A stretch of DNA of 32,000 nt from Candidatus Saccharimonadota bacterium (GTDB lineage Bacteria > Patescibacteriota > Patescibacteriia > 2-12-FULL-60-25), in the NCBI GenBank assembly GCA_016699205.1, contig CP064964.1:630001-662000 (forward strand), written 5' to 3'. The notes beneath the pieces are model-generated. The model was not told the origin of the DNA and ran no database searches. It saw only the letters and a list, made by a program, of their open reading frames with translations. A program made the position numbers and the translations under genes. Of the stretch, positions 16,229-26,400 are shown in pieces. The stretch's first letter is position 1, and the number at the start of each line of letters is the position of its first letter.

Positions 16229-18904
16229 ATGAAACGCCTTTATATCTTGGATGCCAATGCTTTGCTTCATCGTGCTTGGCATGCGATTAGACCGCTGACT
16301 AATCCAAAGGGTCAGGTGGTTAATTGTGTGTATGGAATGATGATGTCGGTCATGAAGCTGATCGAGGATGAGAAGCCGGATGCTTTTGTCGCTTGTTGGG
16401 ATACAGAGGCTCCGACATTTAGACATGAGGCATATGAGGCTTATAAGGCTAATCGCGTTCAAAAGGAGGATGAGCTCTATGCTCAGATCCCTTGGGTAAA
16501 GGAGGGTTTGGAATTGATTGGCGTGCCATCTTTTGAATTGGATGGATATGAGGCTGATGATTTACTCGGAACTTTTGCAGAACGAGCTAAAAAAGCTGGC
16601 TGGGAAGTCGTTATTGTTACTGGAGATCGTGATGCTTTGCAGCTGGTGAAGCCGGGTATTTCCGTTATGGCGTTTAAGAAAGGCGTTACGGAGACCAAGC
16701 GTTATGATGTTGAGGCGATTAAAGAAGAATATGGGCTAACGCCAGAGCAATTTCTTGAATATAAGGCAATGCGAGGCGATACGTCAGATAATATTCCGGG
16801 TATTCGAGGTATTGGAGACAAGGGTGCGACGGATTTGTTGCAGAAATTTGGCTCTATCAAAGCTATTTTGAAGGCTGCGCATGATGCAAAGTCAGATATT
16901 TCTGCATCGACTAGAGAGAAGTTACTTGGAGCAGAGAAAGAGATTCCGGCGATTATGGCTTTGGTCACTATCGAGAAAAATGTTCCGATTGATTGGAAGC
17001 CGGCTTTAGGAGTTTTTCCGAAAGATAAAGAAGGGCTGCTCGCCTTCTTGCATGCGAATGGTTTTAAATCTTTGCTTGGAAAAATTCCTGGTGAAGTTGT
17101 CGTGAAGGAGAAGAAGGTGAAGGGAGAGAAAAAACAGAAAGGAGAAAAAGCGAAACCAGAAATTTCTGTTTCACTTAAAAATATTCTTTTGCAAGAAGTG
17201 CGCGTTGAGAAAAAGACGGAGATCAAGAACGTGCTAGAAGCTTTACGAAAATCGAAAGACGTTGTTGTGCGAGCCGTGCGAAATTCGCAAGGATCATTAT
17301 TTGGAAATGAAGCAGGAGGTTTTGTCTTGGCGGATGATCGGACAGCGTATGTTTTTTCTGCGGCACTGATCGAGTCGAGCAAGAACGAGTTGCAGGATTT
17401 TTTGGCAGACGACGATGTGAAGTTTGTCGCACATGATGCAAAGCAGGACATGAAGCTTTTGGAATCGCATGCGTTGGAAATTCCTCGCTGGAATTTTGAT
17501 ACGATGCTTGCCGGATATGTGTTGGGCGCCGGAGAACGCAATCATGATTTGGGCGCGATCGCGGCAAAGTATGCGAGCGTGCAGCTTGAACAAGAAAGCG
17601 GACCATTGGCGGAAGCGAGTGTTATCAGGGCTTGCGTGAAGACGTTAAAAAAGTTGCTGGAGGAAGAATCGCTCTTGCCGATCCTTGAACGTTTTGAACT
17701 TCCGCTTGTTCCGATTTTGCGCGCGATGGAGCGTGAAGGTATTTTGGTGGATCGAAATTATCTACGCGGACTCTCAAAAGAGATGTCGAAATCAAAACAA
17801 GAGATTGAAAAGAAGATGATCAAGGCTGCGGGAGTGGATTTTAATCCAGGATCCCCTACCCAGCTCGCGGAAGTGCTTTTTGGGAAACTTGGCTTGGAGA
17901 CGAAAGGTGTGAAGCGCGGCAAGACGGGTTTCTCGACAGCTGCTCAAGAGTTGGAAAAATTACGCGGCTCACATCCTATTATTGATATGATCGAAGATTA
18001 TCGAGAGGTGTCAAAATTACTCTCGACGTATGTTGATGTCCTTCCGGATCTCGCGGATGCGAATGGACGTATCCATACTTCTTTTGATCAAGCGGTCGCG
18101 GCGACGGGAAGACTTTCTTCATCGGATCCGAACATGCAAAATATTCCGATCCGAACCGAGCTTGGCAGAAAAATTCGCCGAGCATTTATTGCGAAGGAGG
18201 GATTTGTTTTGTTGTCCTGTGACTACTCGCAGATTGAATTGAGATTGGTGGCGGCGCTCGCCAAAGACAAAGCGATGCTTCAGGCATTTGAAAATGGAGA
18301 GGATGTGCATACGGCTACAGCATCGTCTATTTGGGAGATTCCGTTGAAGGAGGTGACCAAGGATCAGCGCCGCATCGCTAAAGCCATTAACTTTGGATTG
18401 ATTTTTGGCCAAGGTCCGCAGGGTTTGGCTCAATCGGCGGGCATTTCATTTAAGGAGGCAAGAGCGTTTATCGACAAATACTTCCAGGTTTACAAAGGAA
18501 TCAAGAATTATATGGTGGAGACCAAGCTTTCTGCGCATAAACTTGGCTATGTTGAAACGTTTTTTGGAAGAAAGCGTTATTTGCCAGAGATTCATTCTTC
18601 TATGCCGATGGTAAGGGCCCAGGCTGAAAGAATGGCTATCAATATGCCCGTACAAGGCTCTGAGGCCGATTTAATCAAGCTGGCGATGATCGAAATAGCC
18701 AAAAAATTAGAGGATGTGTCCCCTGCTAGCCGTATGCTTTTGCAGGTTCATGATGAATTGTTGTTTGAAGTGCCACCGAATGATGTTGAAAAAGTCTCGG
18801 CTTTTGCAAAAGACTTGATGGAGAATGTTGAGAAGGTTGGTGTACGGGTTGTCGTTGAGTCGAAGGTAGGAAAAAATTGGGAAGAGATGAAGCCTGTCGA
18901 ATAG
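16229..18904 (+). CDS. polA: DNA polymerase I
   Basis: N-terminal 5'-nuclease domain (MKRLYILDANALLHRAWHA...), a Lys-rich linker (KEKKVKGEKKQKGEKAKPE), and C-terminal family A polymerase motifs (DYSQIELR, RRIAKAINFGLIFG, QVHDELLFE). The start could be GTG 16223 or ATG 16229. Confidence 0.95.
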   Translation: MKRLYILDANALLHRAWHAIRPLTNPKGQVVNCVYGMMMSVMKLIEDEKPDAFVACWDTEAPTFRHEAYEAYKANRVQKEDELYAQIPWVKEGLELIGVPSFELDGYEADDLLGTFAERAKKAGWEVVIVTGDRDALQLVKPGISVMAFKKGVTETKRYDVEAIKEEYGLTPEQFLEYKAMRGDTSDNIPGIRGIGDKGATDLLQKFGSIKAILKAAHDAKSDISASTREKLLGAEKEIPAIMALVTIEKNVPIDWKPALGVFPKDKEGLLAFLHANGFKSLLGKIPGEVVVKEKKVKGEKKQKGEKAKPEISVSLKNILLQEVRVEKKTEIKNVLEALRKSKDVVVRAVRNSQGSLFGNEAGGFVLADDRTAYVFSAALIESSKNELQDFLADDDVKFVAHDAKQDMKLLESHALEIPRWNFDTMLAGYVLGAGERNHDLGAIAAKYASVQLEQESGPLAEASVIRACVKTLKKLLEEESLLPILERFELPLVPILRAMEREGILVDRNYLRGLSKEMSKSKQEIEKKMIKAAGVDFNPGSPTQLAEVLFGKLGLETKGVKRGKTGFSTAAQELEKLRGSHPIIDMIEDYREVSKLLSTYVDVLPDLADANGRIHTSFDQAVAATGRLSSSDPNMQNIPIRTELGRKIRRAFIAKEGFVLLSCDYSQIELRLVAALAKDKAMLQAFENGEDVHTATASSIWEIPLKEVTKDQRRIAKAINFGLIFGQGPQGLAQSAGISFKEARAFIDKYFQVYKGIKNYMVETKLSAHKLGYVETFFGRKRYLPEIHSSMPMVRAQAERMAINMPVQGSEADLIKLAMIEIAKKLEDVSPASRMLLQVHDELLFEVPPNDVEKVSAFAKDLMENVEKVGVRVVVESKVGKNWEEMKPVE

Positions 18905-18918
18905 ACAGGCTTTTTTTG
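18891..18918 (+). terminator. intrinsic terminator overlapping polA stop
   Basis: AGCCTGTC-gaata-GACAGGCT followed by ttttttt. Confidence 0.6.
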
Positions 18919-18950
18919 ACAGGCGGCTTCCCTATCGCCACGATATCAGG

Positions 18951-19793
18951 GTGCTGATTTTGTGTTGCGGGCCGGATAGCTATCGAGCTTTAGCCAGAGC
19001 TAAGGAGCTTGAGTTAGCGTTCAAACAGAAGCACGATCCTGAGGGTCGCGCGATTGAACGATTATCATCAGGGAAAGATGGTGTTGAAGAACTCATTAGT
19101 AAAGCGGCGGGCGCAAGCCTTTTTTCTCCTAGACGTTTTTTGCGGGTTGATGGAATCGTTTCTAGTTGTCCCAAGACAAAACAAAAAGCGTTGTTAGAAG
19201 CACTAGCTCGCGATACAGATGCGATGATTGTTGTTAGCGTAGAGGAAGAGCGGCCTGTATCGAGCGTGATGAAGCCTTTTGAAGCGCTACCGAAAATCGT
19301 GGTGAATGACTATCCCCTTTTGTCGGGAAGATCGTTTACAGATTGGGCGAGAGAAATTGCAAAAACCCTTGGTAACATTGATGATAATCAAGTTGTGAAG
19401 CTTGCAGATTTTTGCGAGGGAGATAGCTGGAAATTTATTAACGAGGCTATTAAGTTGGCGGCGGGCGCCTCACTTGAGCTCGATCGCTCTTCCTCGGAAG
19501 CCAGTGCTTATGATTTAGCAGATCAGATTTTGAAAAAAGATTTACGAAGACGAGGGAATGCAGAGAAGATTGAATTTTCTTATGCGGAAACTTCCGTGTT
19601 AGTGCAGCAAGGCGTCGCGGCATTACGAGTGAAGGATCAAGATGTTGCCGGATTGCCTCCGTTTGTTTTAAAAAAATTGCAGAGCATGAACATGATTGAG
19701 CCTTCTTTGATTTTTGCTTCAAGTCTTGAGATGTTGTTTTTGCAAAGAGCTGGGTTTTGTAATGAGGCTGAGTCGATTAGCTTAATCCCCTAG
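18951..19793 (+). CDS. holA: probable DNA polymerase III delta subunit (HolA-like)
   Basis: 280 aa with a GTG start. The N-terminal pattern ILCCGPDSY...AAGASLFSPRRFLRVDGI resembles the HolA pattern (LyGeD ... sLF...r.v.v). Its position after polA is compatible. The assignment rests on motif resemblance only. Confidence 0.5.
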   Translation: MLILCCGPDSYRALARAKELELAFKQKHDPEGRAIERLSSGKDGVEELISKAAGASLFSPRRFLRVDGIVSSCPKTKQKALLEALARDTDAMIVVSVEEERPVSSVMKPFEALPKIVVNDYPLLSGRSFTDWAREIAKTLGNIDDNQVVKLADFCEGDSWKFINEAIKLAAGASLELDRSSSEASAYDLADQILKKDLRRRGNAEKIEFSYAETSVLVQQGVAALRVKDQDVAGLPPFVLKKLQSMNMIEPSLIFASSLEMLFLQRAGFCNEAESISLIP

Positions 19794-19797
19794 AAAT

Positions 19798-19830
19798 AAA
19801 AAAGACTCGCGATTATCGCGAGTCTTTTTG
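19798..19830. terminator. bidirectional intrinsic terminator
   Basis: AAAAAGACTCGCGAT-t-ATCGCGAGTCTTTTT between the holA-like gene and rpsT. Confidence 0.8.
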
Positions 19831-19832
19831 TT

Positions 19833-20096
19833 TTATTTGATGGCGGCGATCATCTTGCTGGAAGCTGATGCCATGCGGCGTGTTTTGTTGAAATGAAGAA
19901 CGTGGTTCTTTGCAGCCTTGTCGGAAGCTTGCTGAAGTTTGCGTGAAACTTCAATAGCCTCAGCCTTTTTTCCGGCTTTCACCGTTTCCTTCAATTGCTT
20001 GGTGAGAGCCTTTACGTGCATCTTAAGACGGGCATTGCGAGCGGCGCGGCGCTCGTTTTTGCGGAGGTCTTTGATTGCTGCATGCTTGTTTGGCAT
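19833..20096 (-). CDS. rpsT: 30S ribosomal protein S20
   Basis: MPNKHAAIKDLRKNERRAARNARLKMHVKALTK... is the canonical S20 N-terminus. The track ORF is extended 14 codons upstream. Confidence 0.9.
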   Translation of the reverse strand: MPNKHAAIKDLRKNERRAARNARLKMHVKALTKQLKETVKAGKKAEAIEVSRKLQQASDKAAKNHVLHFNKTRRMASASSKMIAAIK

Positions 20097-20109
20097 AGGA
20101 AGATGCCTA

Positions 20110-20138
20110 AGATTAGTCGTGTATGCGTTTTTCGTCAA
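20110..20138 (-). promoter_or_regulatory. promoter candidate TTGACG-N17-TAATCT (rpsT)
   Basis: Minus strand hexamers at 20138-20133 and 20115-20110. Confidence 0.45.
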
Positions 20139-20155
20139 GGTTCTGGGTAAATGCG

Positions 20156-20184
20156 TTGACGGTAGGAGCAGAAAAAAATATACT
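20156..20184 (+). promoter_or_regulatory. promoter candidate TTGACG-N17-TATACT (tRNA-Arg)
   Basis: Hexamers at 20156-20161 and 20179-20184, 59 nt upstream of the tRNA. Confidence 0.45.
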
Positions 20185-20242
20185 AGCCCCGCTTCCCTTC
20201 TGAAATTAGGTTAAAAGTACTTTATATATTTTACGACACTAA

Positions 20243-20317
20243 GCTTCCATAGTTCAACGGATAGAACGAGGGACTCCTAAGCCCTAGACCGAGGTTCAAT
20301 TCCTCGTGGAGGCACCA
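20243..20317 (+). tRNA. tRNA-Arg (CCU), CCA encoded
   Basis: Hand-folded: acceptor GCTTCCA/TGGAGGC, D-arm GTTC/GAAC, anticodon loop CUCCUAA, T-arm CGAGG-TTCAATT-CCTCG. There is one A.G mismatch at the base of the anticodon stem. Confidence 0.85.
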
Positions 20318-20334
20318 GGTGAAACAATTAAATG

Positions 20335-20459
20335 AATTGTTTCACGTGAAACATTTTTGAATCGCTCGGTAATGTTTCACGTGAAACCATCTTAGAACTT
20401 GTTTCTTTATAATGTTAGTTTTGTTTGCCATCGCAGTAAGAATGTTTCACGTGAAACAT
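20335..20459 (+). repeat. 3x parS cassette, copy A (direct repeat of 20586-20712)
   Basis: About 125 bp, alignable by eye with copy B apart from a few substitutions and a small indel. Site centres are 35 and 70 bp apart. Confidence 0.85.
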
Positions 20460-20473
20460 TGTTTAATGCCTTT

Positions 20474-20549
20474 GGGCCAATAGCTCAGTTGGTAGAGCGC
20501 TGCATTCGCATTGCAGAGGTCAGGAGTTCGAATCTCCTTTGGTCCACCA
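20474..20549 (+). tRNA. tRNA-Ala (CGC), CCA encoded
   Basis: Hand-folded: acceptor GGGCCAA/TTGGTCC with the G3:U70 Ala identity pair, anticodon loop UUCGCAU, T-arm AGGAG-TTCGAAT-CTCCT. Confidence 0.9.
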
Positions 20550-20554
20550 TAATG

Positions 20555-20584
20555 AAAACCGCCAATTGGCGGTTTTTGTTTTTA
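20555..20584 (+). terminator. intrinsic terminator after tRNA-Ala
   Basis: AAAACCGCC-aatt-GGCGGTTTT followed by tgttttt. Confidence 0.75.
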
Positions 20585-20585
20585 T

Positions 20586-20712
20586 AATTGTTTCACGTGA
20601 AACATTATTGAATCGCTCGGTAATGTTTCACGTGAAACCATCTTAGAACTTGTTTCTTTTTTAAATGTTAGTTATGTAAACCATCGCAGTAAGAATGTTT
20701 TACGTGAAACAT
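20586..20712 (+). repeat. 3x parS cassette, copy B
   Basis: Direct repeat of 20335-20459. Site centres are 35 and 72 bp apart, and the third site carries a C>T change. Confidence 0.85.
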
Positions 20713-20978
20713 ATGGTTTATTGCTCTGGTTAGTTTCAATCATTTTCTACAAGCTACTATACTTATTGGTTAGTCACATTGGTTGCTTATCTACCCTCAG
20801 TTGTCTACTTATATTGATGTTATTAATACGTTGTTTCACGTGAAACATATGTTTATTCTTACTAGCTTCGCTATTTATCTTTATACAGTCTAATGATGTT
20901 TCAAATGACTTAATTTCAATGCAGATAGATACTATTTAATAGTAATACGGTTCTATATGTGAATGTTTCACGTGAAAC

Positions 20979-21278
<300 letters not shown>

Positions 21279-21457
21279 AGATGTGTTTGTTTCACGTGAA
21301 ACATTGTTATTACTTGTTCAATTAAATTGATTTATTCTGCAATTACGCATTTACTTCATGACTATTTAATTTATCAATGCGATTTAATTAATTTTTTTTG
21401 GCTAATATTAAACATTAAATATTAATATATATCTTTTACGACTCTTATTTATACCGG

Positions 21458-21486
21458 TTGAAGAAACATTGATTTTTTGCTAAAAT
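21458..21486 (+). promoter_or_regulatory. promoter candidate TTGAAG-N17-TAAAAT (surface-protein operon)
   Basis: Hexamers at 21458-21463 and 21481-21486. The predicted transcription start is only a few nt before the GTG 21493 / ATG 21499 starts, so the mRNA would be leaderless or nearly so. Confidence 0.45.
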
Positions 21487-21498
21487 AGATGTGTGCGA

Positions 21499-22416
21499 AT
21501 GAACAAAGGATTGCTCCTTATATTGTGTTGCTCCCTCTTGATGGTTGGGAGTAGGGCTTTGGCGATGTCGAGTACGAATTTTCTCATTCAATGGGATAAT
21601 GTGAATTCGGGAGGTTTGGATAATTCAAGCAGCACAAACTTTTCTTCTCGAGACACACTTGGCGATAATGCTTCTGGTACAAGTACGAGTGCCAACTTTC
21701 AACTTTCGGCTGGTTATCGAGCGCCTGAGGGGGCAGATACTCTGACTTATCAGGTTCGCGCCCGTTCTACGTCAGTGAATTCGGCTTATACGGCGTTTAA
21801 CGATGGTGCGAATACCGTTACCTTATCTTCGGTTGCTGGTTTTGCTATCGGAGACTTGATTTCGGTCGTAGAAAATAATGATTTTTCGCAGCTTGTTGCT
21901 GTTGGAAGAATCACAAATATTGCCGGGCTTGTCGTAACTGTCGATGATTTTGAAGGGGATGGTGGAAGTATGAGTGCTTTGCCTGCCGGTGGTGATGACT
22001 TGGTATATCTTTTGAATTCGAACTCTATTAACTTTGGTTCTATTTCATCCGGTTTTCCGTATACGTCGGTTGTAGGGACGTCCGTGCTGACGAATGTTGC
22101 TACGGGTTACAGTCTTTATGTTCTAGCTAACCAAGAATTGCAGAATGGTTCAGCTCAAGTTATTGCGGCGGTGAGTGATGGCACGGTATCGCTGGGAGTA
22201 GAGGAGTATGGCGCAGAAACGACCGGTGCTTCTGCATTTTCCGCAGGTGTCGACATCGGTGTTACGACATCGCAGCGTGTCGTGCAGACGTCGGTGGCGA
22301 CCACGGGGCCGATCTCTGACAAGATTGGGATGATTTTTAAACTTTCCATTACATCGTCTACGAATGTAGGAACTTACTCGCAGAACGTGTATTACACGTT
22401 AACGGCGAACTACTAG
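21499..22416 (+). CDS. exported hypothetical protein with triplicated S-[ST]-x-N-F motif and beta-rich C-terminal domain
   Basis: Signal peptide MNKGLLLILCCSLLMVGSRALA. Three motif copies: SSTNFLIQ, SSSTNFSS, STSANFQLS. C-terminus ...GTYSQNVYYTLTANY. The track starts it at GTG 21493. Confidence 0.75.
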   Translation: MNKGLLLILCCSLLMVGSRALAMSSTNFLIQWDNVNSGGLDNSSSTNFSSRDTLGDNASGTSTSANFQLSAGYRAPEGADTLTYQVRARSTSVNSAYTAFNDGANTVTLSSVAGFAIGDLISVVENNDFSQLVAVGRITNIAGLVVTVDDFEGDGGSMSALPAGGDDLVYLLNSNSINFGSISSGFPYTSVVGTSVLTNVATGYSLYVLANQELQNGSAQVIAAVSDGTVSLGVEEYGAETTGASAFSAGVDIGVTTSQRVVQTSVATTGPISDKIGMIFKLSITSSTNVGTYSQNVYYTLTANY

Positions 22417-22417
22417 T

Positions 22418-23353
22418 ATGCGATTTCGTTCTTTGTGCTTTATCGCCGTCATGATGTTCTCGCTCGTTATCGGAACTTCCGTGCAGGCGATTAGTGTTAG
22501 CCCAGCGATTATCGATGTTGGTGCTGATGCCGGCAAACAAGTGGATTTTTCTATCTTGGTTACGAATGAAGAAGCGGAGACGCTTTCTTTTGCTTTAACG
22601 ATTCAGAAGTTTATTCCGCAAGGGGATGGCGGCGGTACGCAGTTTTTACCGCAAGAAGATACGAGTGGTTTGCCGGATTGGCTTTACCTTGAAGCGCCGA
22701 CGCTAACCTTACGTGCTGGTGAAAGCCGACGCATGCCCGTTTCTTTACGTGTTCCCAATGATGCGACTCCTGGCGGTCACTACGCAGCGATTTTCTTAAC
22801 GCAGACAAGTTTGGATACGGCTGCTGGGCAAAACGTATCGGCGATTCCGCGTATCGGGGTTTTAGTTTTTGCCACGGTTAATGGGACGATGGTTGAGCGA
22901 TTGGCTTTGCGTAACGCTCGTACTGAGCAAGTAAATGGCAGTCATTTGCCGGTTCGATTTATTGCCGATGTTGAGAATCAGGGAAATATCCATGTTCAGC
23001 CTGAAGTGAAGATCGATATTACCAATATGTTTGGCCAGACGGTTGCTACGATCGATGGAAACAGTGTAGATGCCAGAGTCCTTCCTGGTTCAAAGCGTAT
23101 TTTTGCTAGTGAGTGGAGCAAGAGCGATGTGAAAATCGGAACGGGTTTTTGGGATGAGCTGAAGCAAGAGTGGGAGAATGGCGCGATTGGCTGGTACGAA
23201 GCTCGTGTTCAGGTTTCCAGCCGCGCTGGTTCTGCGGGGGAATCAAGAATTGGTTTCCAGGTTTGGCCGTGGAGAAGTTTGTCGATCGGTGCAGGTTTGT
23301 TGGTGTTGGTTGGGTTTGTGCTTTGGATGATTCGTAGGATATTCCGCCGATAG
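22418..23353 (+). CDS. exported, C-terminally membrane-anchored Ig-like protein (architecture reminiscent of DUF916-type cell-surface proteins)
   Basis: Signal peptide ...VIGTSVQA|ISVSP. A beta-sandwich-like body (...PGGHYAAIFLTQ...). A C-terminal TM segment GAGLLVLVGFVLWMI plus a basic tail RRIFRR. Only 1 nt separates it from the upstream stop. The family assignment is tentative. Confidence 0.7.
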   Translation: MRFRSLCFIAVMMFSLVIGTSVQAISVSPAIIDVGADAGKQVDFSILVTNEEAETLSFALTIQKFIPQGDGGGTQFLPQEDTSGLPDWLYLEAPTLTLRAGESRRMPVSLRVPNDATPGGHYAAIFLTQTSLDTAAGQNVSAIPRIGVLVFATVNGTMVERLALRNARTEQVNGSHLPVRFIADVENQGNIHVQPEVKIDITNMFGQTVATIDGNSVDARVLPGSKRIFASEWSKSDVKIGTGFWDELKQEWENGAIGWYEARVQVSSRAGSAGESRIGFQVWPWRSLSIGAGLLVLVGFVLWMIRRIFRR

Positions 23354-23424
23354 GCTCGGCCATCGACCTTGTTTCCTTTGTAAGAAGGAATGACAGGGCC
23401 GGCTGCTGAGGATTACGAACCTTT

Positions 23425-26400
23425 ATGACAAAGCGTTTTCAACGTATTTTTGCCACGGTGTTATCCGTGTTGTTTGTTGTTGCGCCGCTTGCGCAGACGC
23501 ACGCTGCAACGCTCACTGGTCGCCGTGACATCATGTCGCGTCAGGAACCTTCTACGCTTTCCAATCACGAGATCCGTTTTATTACACCGAGCGGAGTTGA
23601 CGCGCCGTCTGATACGATAACGATTAATTTTCCTATTGGATTCAATGTTGCGCCGATAACGGCGGGGGATGTCGATCTTTATCATGGTGCTGTCACGGGT
23701 TTTGAAACGAATGAAACCGTTGCAGCAACGGCAGCGGCTGGTGTTTGGGGTGCTGCTGTATCAGGTAGAACGCTTACGCTGACAGCCCCGACCGATGCAG
23801 CGGGTGGTGAGATCGCTGTTAACGATGTTGTGCAGGTGCGAATCGGTACAAATGCAGCAGGCGGAACAAATCAGATTACTAATCCGACAGGTGGCGGAGG
23901 CGCGGTCACGATTTCTGTCGGCGGCACGTTTGGGGATGCGGGTGGTATTGATGTTTTTATTGAAACTGGGGATACGATCGGTATCTCAGCGTCTATTGCC
24001 GCGACTTCAACGCCTGGTGGTGGTGGCGGGGGTGGTGGGTCGAGCGGGGATTTAACTCCGCCATCGATTTTGAATATTCAGGTTTTGAATATTACGACGT
24101 CGACCTCGCTTATTACTTGGGATACGAGTGAGGCAGCGACGACTTATATTGTTTGGGGAACAGATATTTTCTATACGTTAGGTACTTTTTCAAATCCTAC
24201 CTATACGATTGGGCACTCGGTGCCTTTGAGTGGATTGCCGCCCGGGACTGTCATCCATTTCCGTATTACAGCGGTTGATCCGGGAGGGAATACGACGCAT
24301 AGTACGGATCAGACGTTTACGACGCTATCGATTCCTGCGGCGCCTATCATTACCAATGTTCAGGCGGTTGCCATTACGGATACGAGTGCGTTGATTACTT
24401 GGAATACCAATATTCCTGCTTCGAGTATCGTTGATTTTGGCCTGACTGCGGGTTATGGATCTGTTGCGACAGCGCCGGGAGATGTAACAAGTCATGCGGT
24501 ATTTTTGAGCGGGCTTTCTCCGGTAACTCCTTATCACTTCCGCGTTCAATCAACAGAGCCGAGTGCATTGTTAACGGCGGTGTCTGGTGATTTTGTTTTT
24601 ACAACGACTGGCGATATTACAGGTCCAGCGAATGTGTTTGGTTTTACCGCAACACCCGGCAATTCTCAGAACTCACTTAATTGGAATAATCCATCTGACC
24701 CAGATTTTTCCTTTGTACGTATTCGCGCGAGAACGGATGGATATCCATCGGGGCCGGATGATGGACGATTTGTTTATCAGGGTAATGCGAGCTCGTTTAT
24801 CGATGCAGGCTTGGTAAACGGTGTTACCTATTTTTACGCGAACTATGCTTTTGATGGATCGGGGAATCGCTCTAGTGGCGCGTTTGCACAAGCGACTCCT
24901 TTTGGATTGCCTTTGCCTCCGCCGACCTCCACGCCGCCAACTCCTCCAACACCGCCAACGCCGCCAGTCGTCACACCTCCTGTTGGCGGAGGAGGCACGA
25001 CGACTCCGCCTCTTCCACCTATCGGTGCAGCTACTCCGACACCTCCGATCATTTTGCCGCCTACATCGACTCCTCCGGAAGAGCTGAGCGCACCGGCTAT
25101 TTCCATCAGACCTACCTATTATGCTGGCGGTGGATCGATTTTGCTTGAACCGGATATTAGCGGTGCCGTTGGTACCGCGCCTGGTGCTCCGGTGCTGGTG
25201 CGAGTTCCTGTTACGAGCCTACCATCACAACCCACGAGTGCCGTGATCCGTGTCGGCGGATCTGTTTATGCGCTCTCGCCATTGCCCGGTGGTACTGAGT
25301 GGGGTGCAACATTTGTGCCTTCTCGCGGTGTTGAGCGTGTTCCTGCAACCGTCCAGTTTCAATTAGAGGATGGGAGAACGGCGGCTGCATCTACCGTTAT
25401 TGAAACGAGACCATCGGGACGCGTTTTGGAAAGAAAGGGAGTTACTGCTGATTTAACTCCAGTACCAGGAGCCATCGTGCGTTTGTACGAGTCTGTGAAT
25501 GGGCAGTGGCAAGAATGGCAGGGTGCTCGATATGGACAGTCGAATCCTGTAGAAACCGGTGCTCCAGGCGCCTATGGATTTGTTGTAAGGAATGGCCAAT
25601 ATCGTGTTGTTGTTGAGAAAGATGGATATGTTACACAAGAAAAGAGTTTAACTGTTACCAGAAACTACGCATCGATTGATGTTATTTTACCTAGCGAGGT
25701 AGATGTTCCAGTTGTCGGTCCGATTTTGGAGTTCCTTCAGTCGGAAACAGCTCGTGATACGGCGAATATCGCGGCACCAATCGCTGTTGCGCTTGCGCTC
25801 GCCAACTTGGCGGCCGCGGCTTCCTTGTTTAGCCTGCTTAACTACATTTGGTTCTTGCTTACGCAGCCGATTTTGCTCGTCGGACGTAAGAAACGTGACA
25901 AATGGGGTATTGTTTACAATTCTTTGTCTAAACACCCGCTTGATTTAGCTGTTGTTCGTCTTATTCAAGCGCAAACTCGTACGGTTGTTCAGACTCGTGT
26001 TACCGATGCTAAGGGCCGATTTGCGTTCCGAGTAAGGCCTGGTTTGTATCGTATTGAGGTCGTGAAGCCGGGATTTGTTTTTCCTACGGTGTTTTTGAAG
26101 GAGGAAAAGGAAGATGTTGATTTTGTTGATCTTTATCATGGTGAGAATATCGAGGTTAAAGAGGAGGCGAATATCGCGGTGAACATTCCTTTGGATCCTG
26201 CTAAGGCTGAAGAAACGCCGTTTGCCATCCGCGCCAAGCGATTTTTGAGACATGCACAGCACGCATTCAGCCTTTTGAGTGTCATTGTAACGATTATTGC
26301 GCTTATCATAGCTCCAAGTTGGTTATTAGTTGGTCTGTTGGCGTTGCAAGTGCTCACGTATTTCTTGTTTAGACGCCTTGCTTTGCCTAAGAAGCCTAAA

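Noticed and set aside
16702-17541. 279-aa minus-strand ORF inside polA.
   Set aside because: It is antisense to DNA polymerase I and is S/F/K-rich low-complexity sequence.
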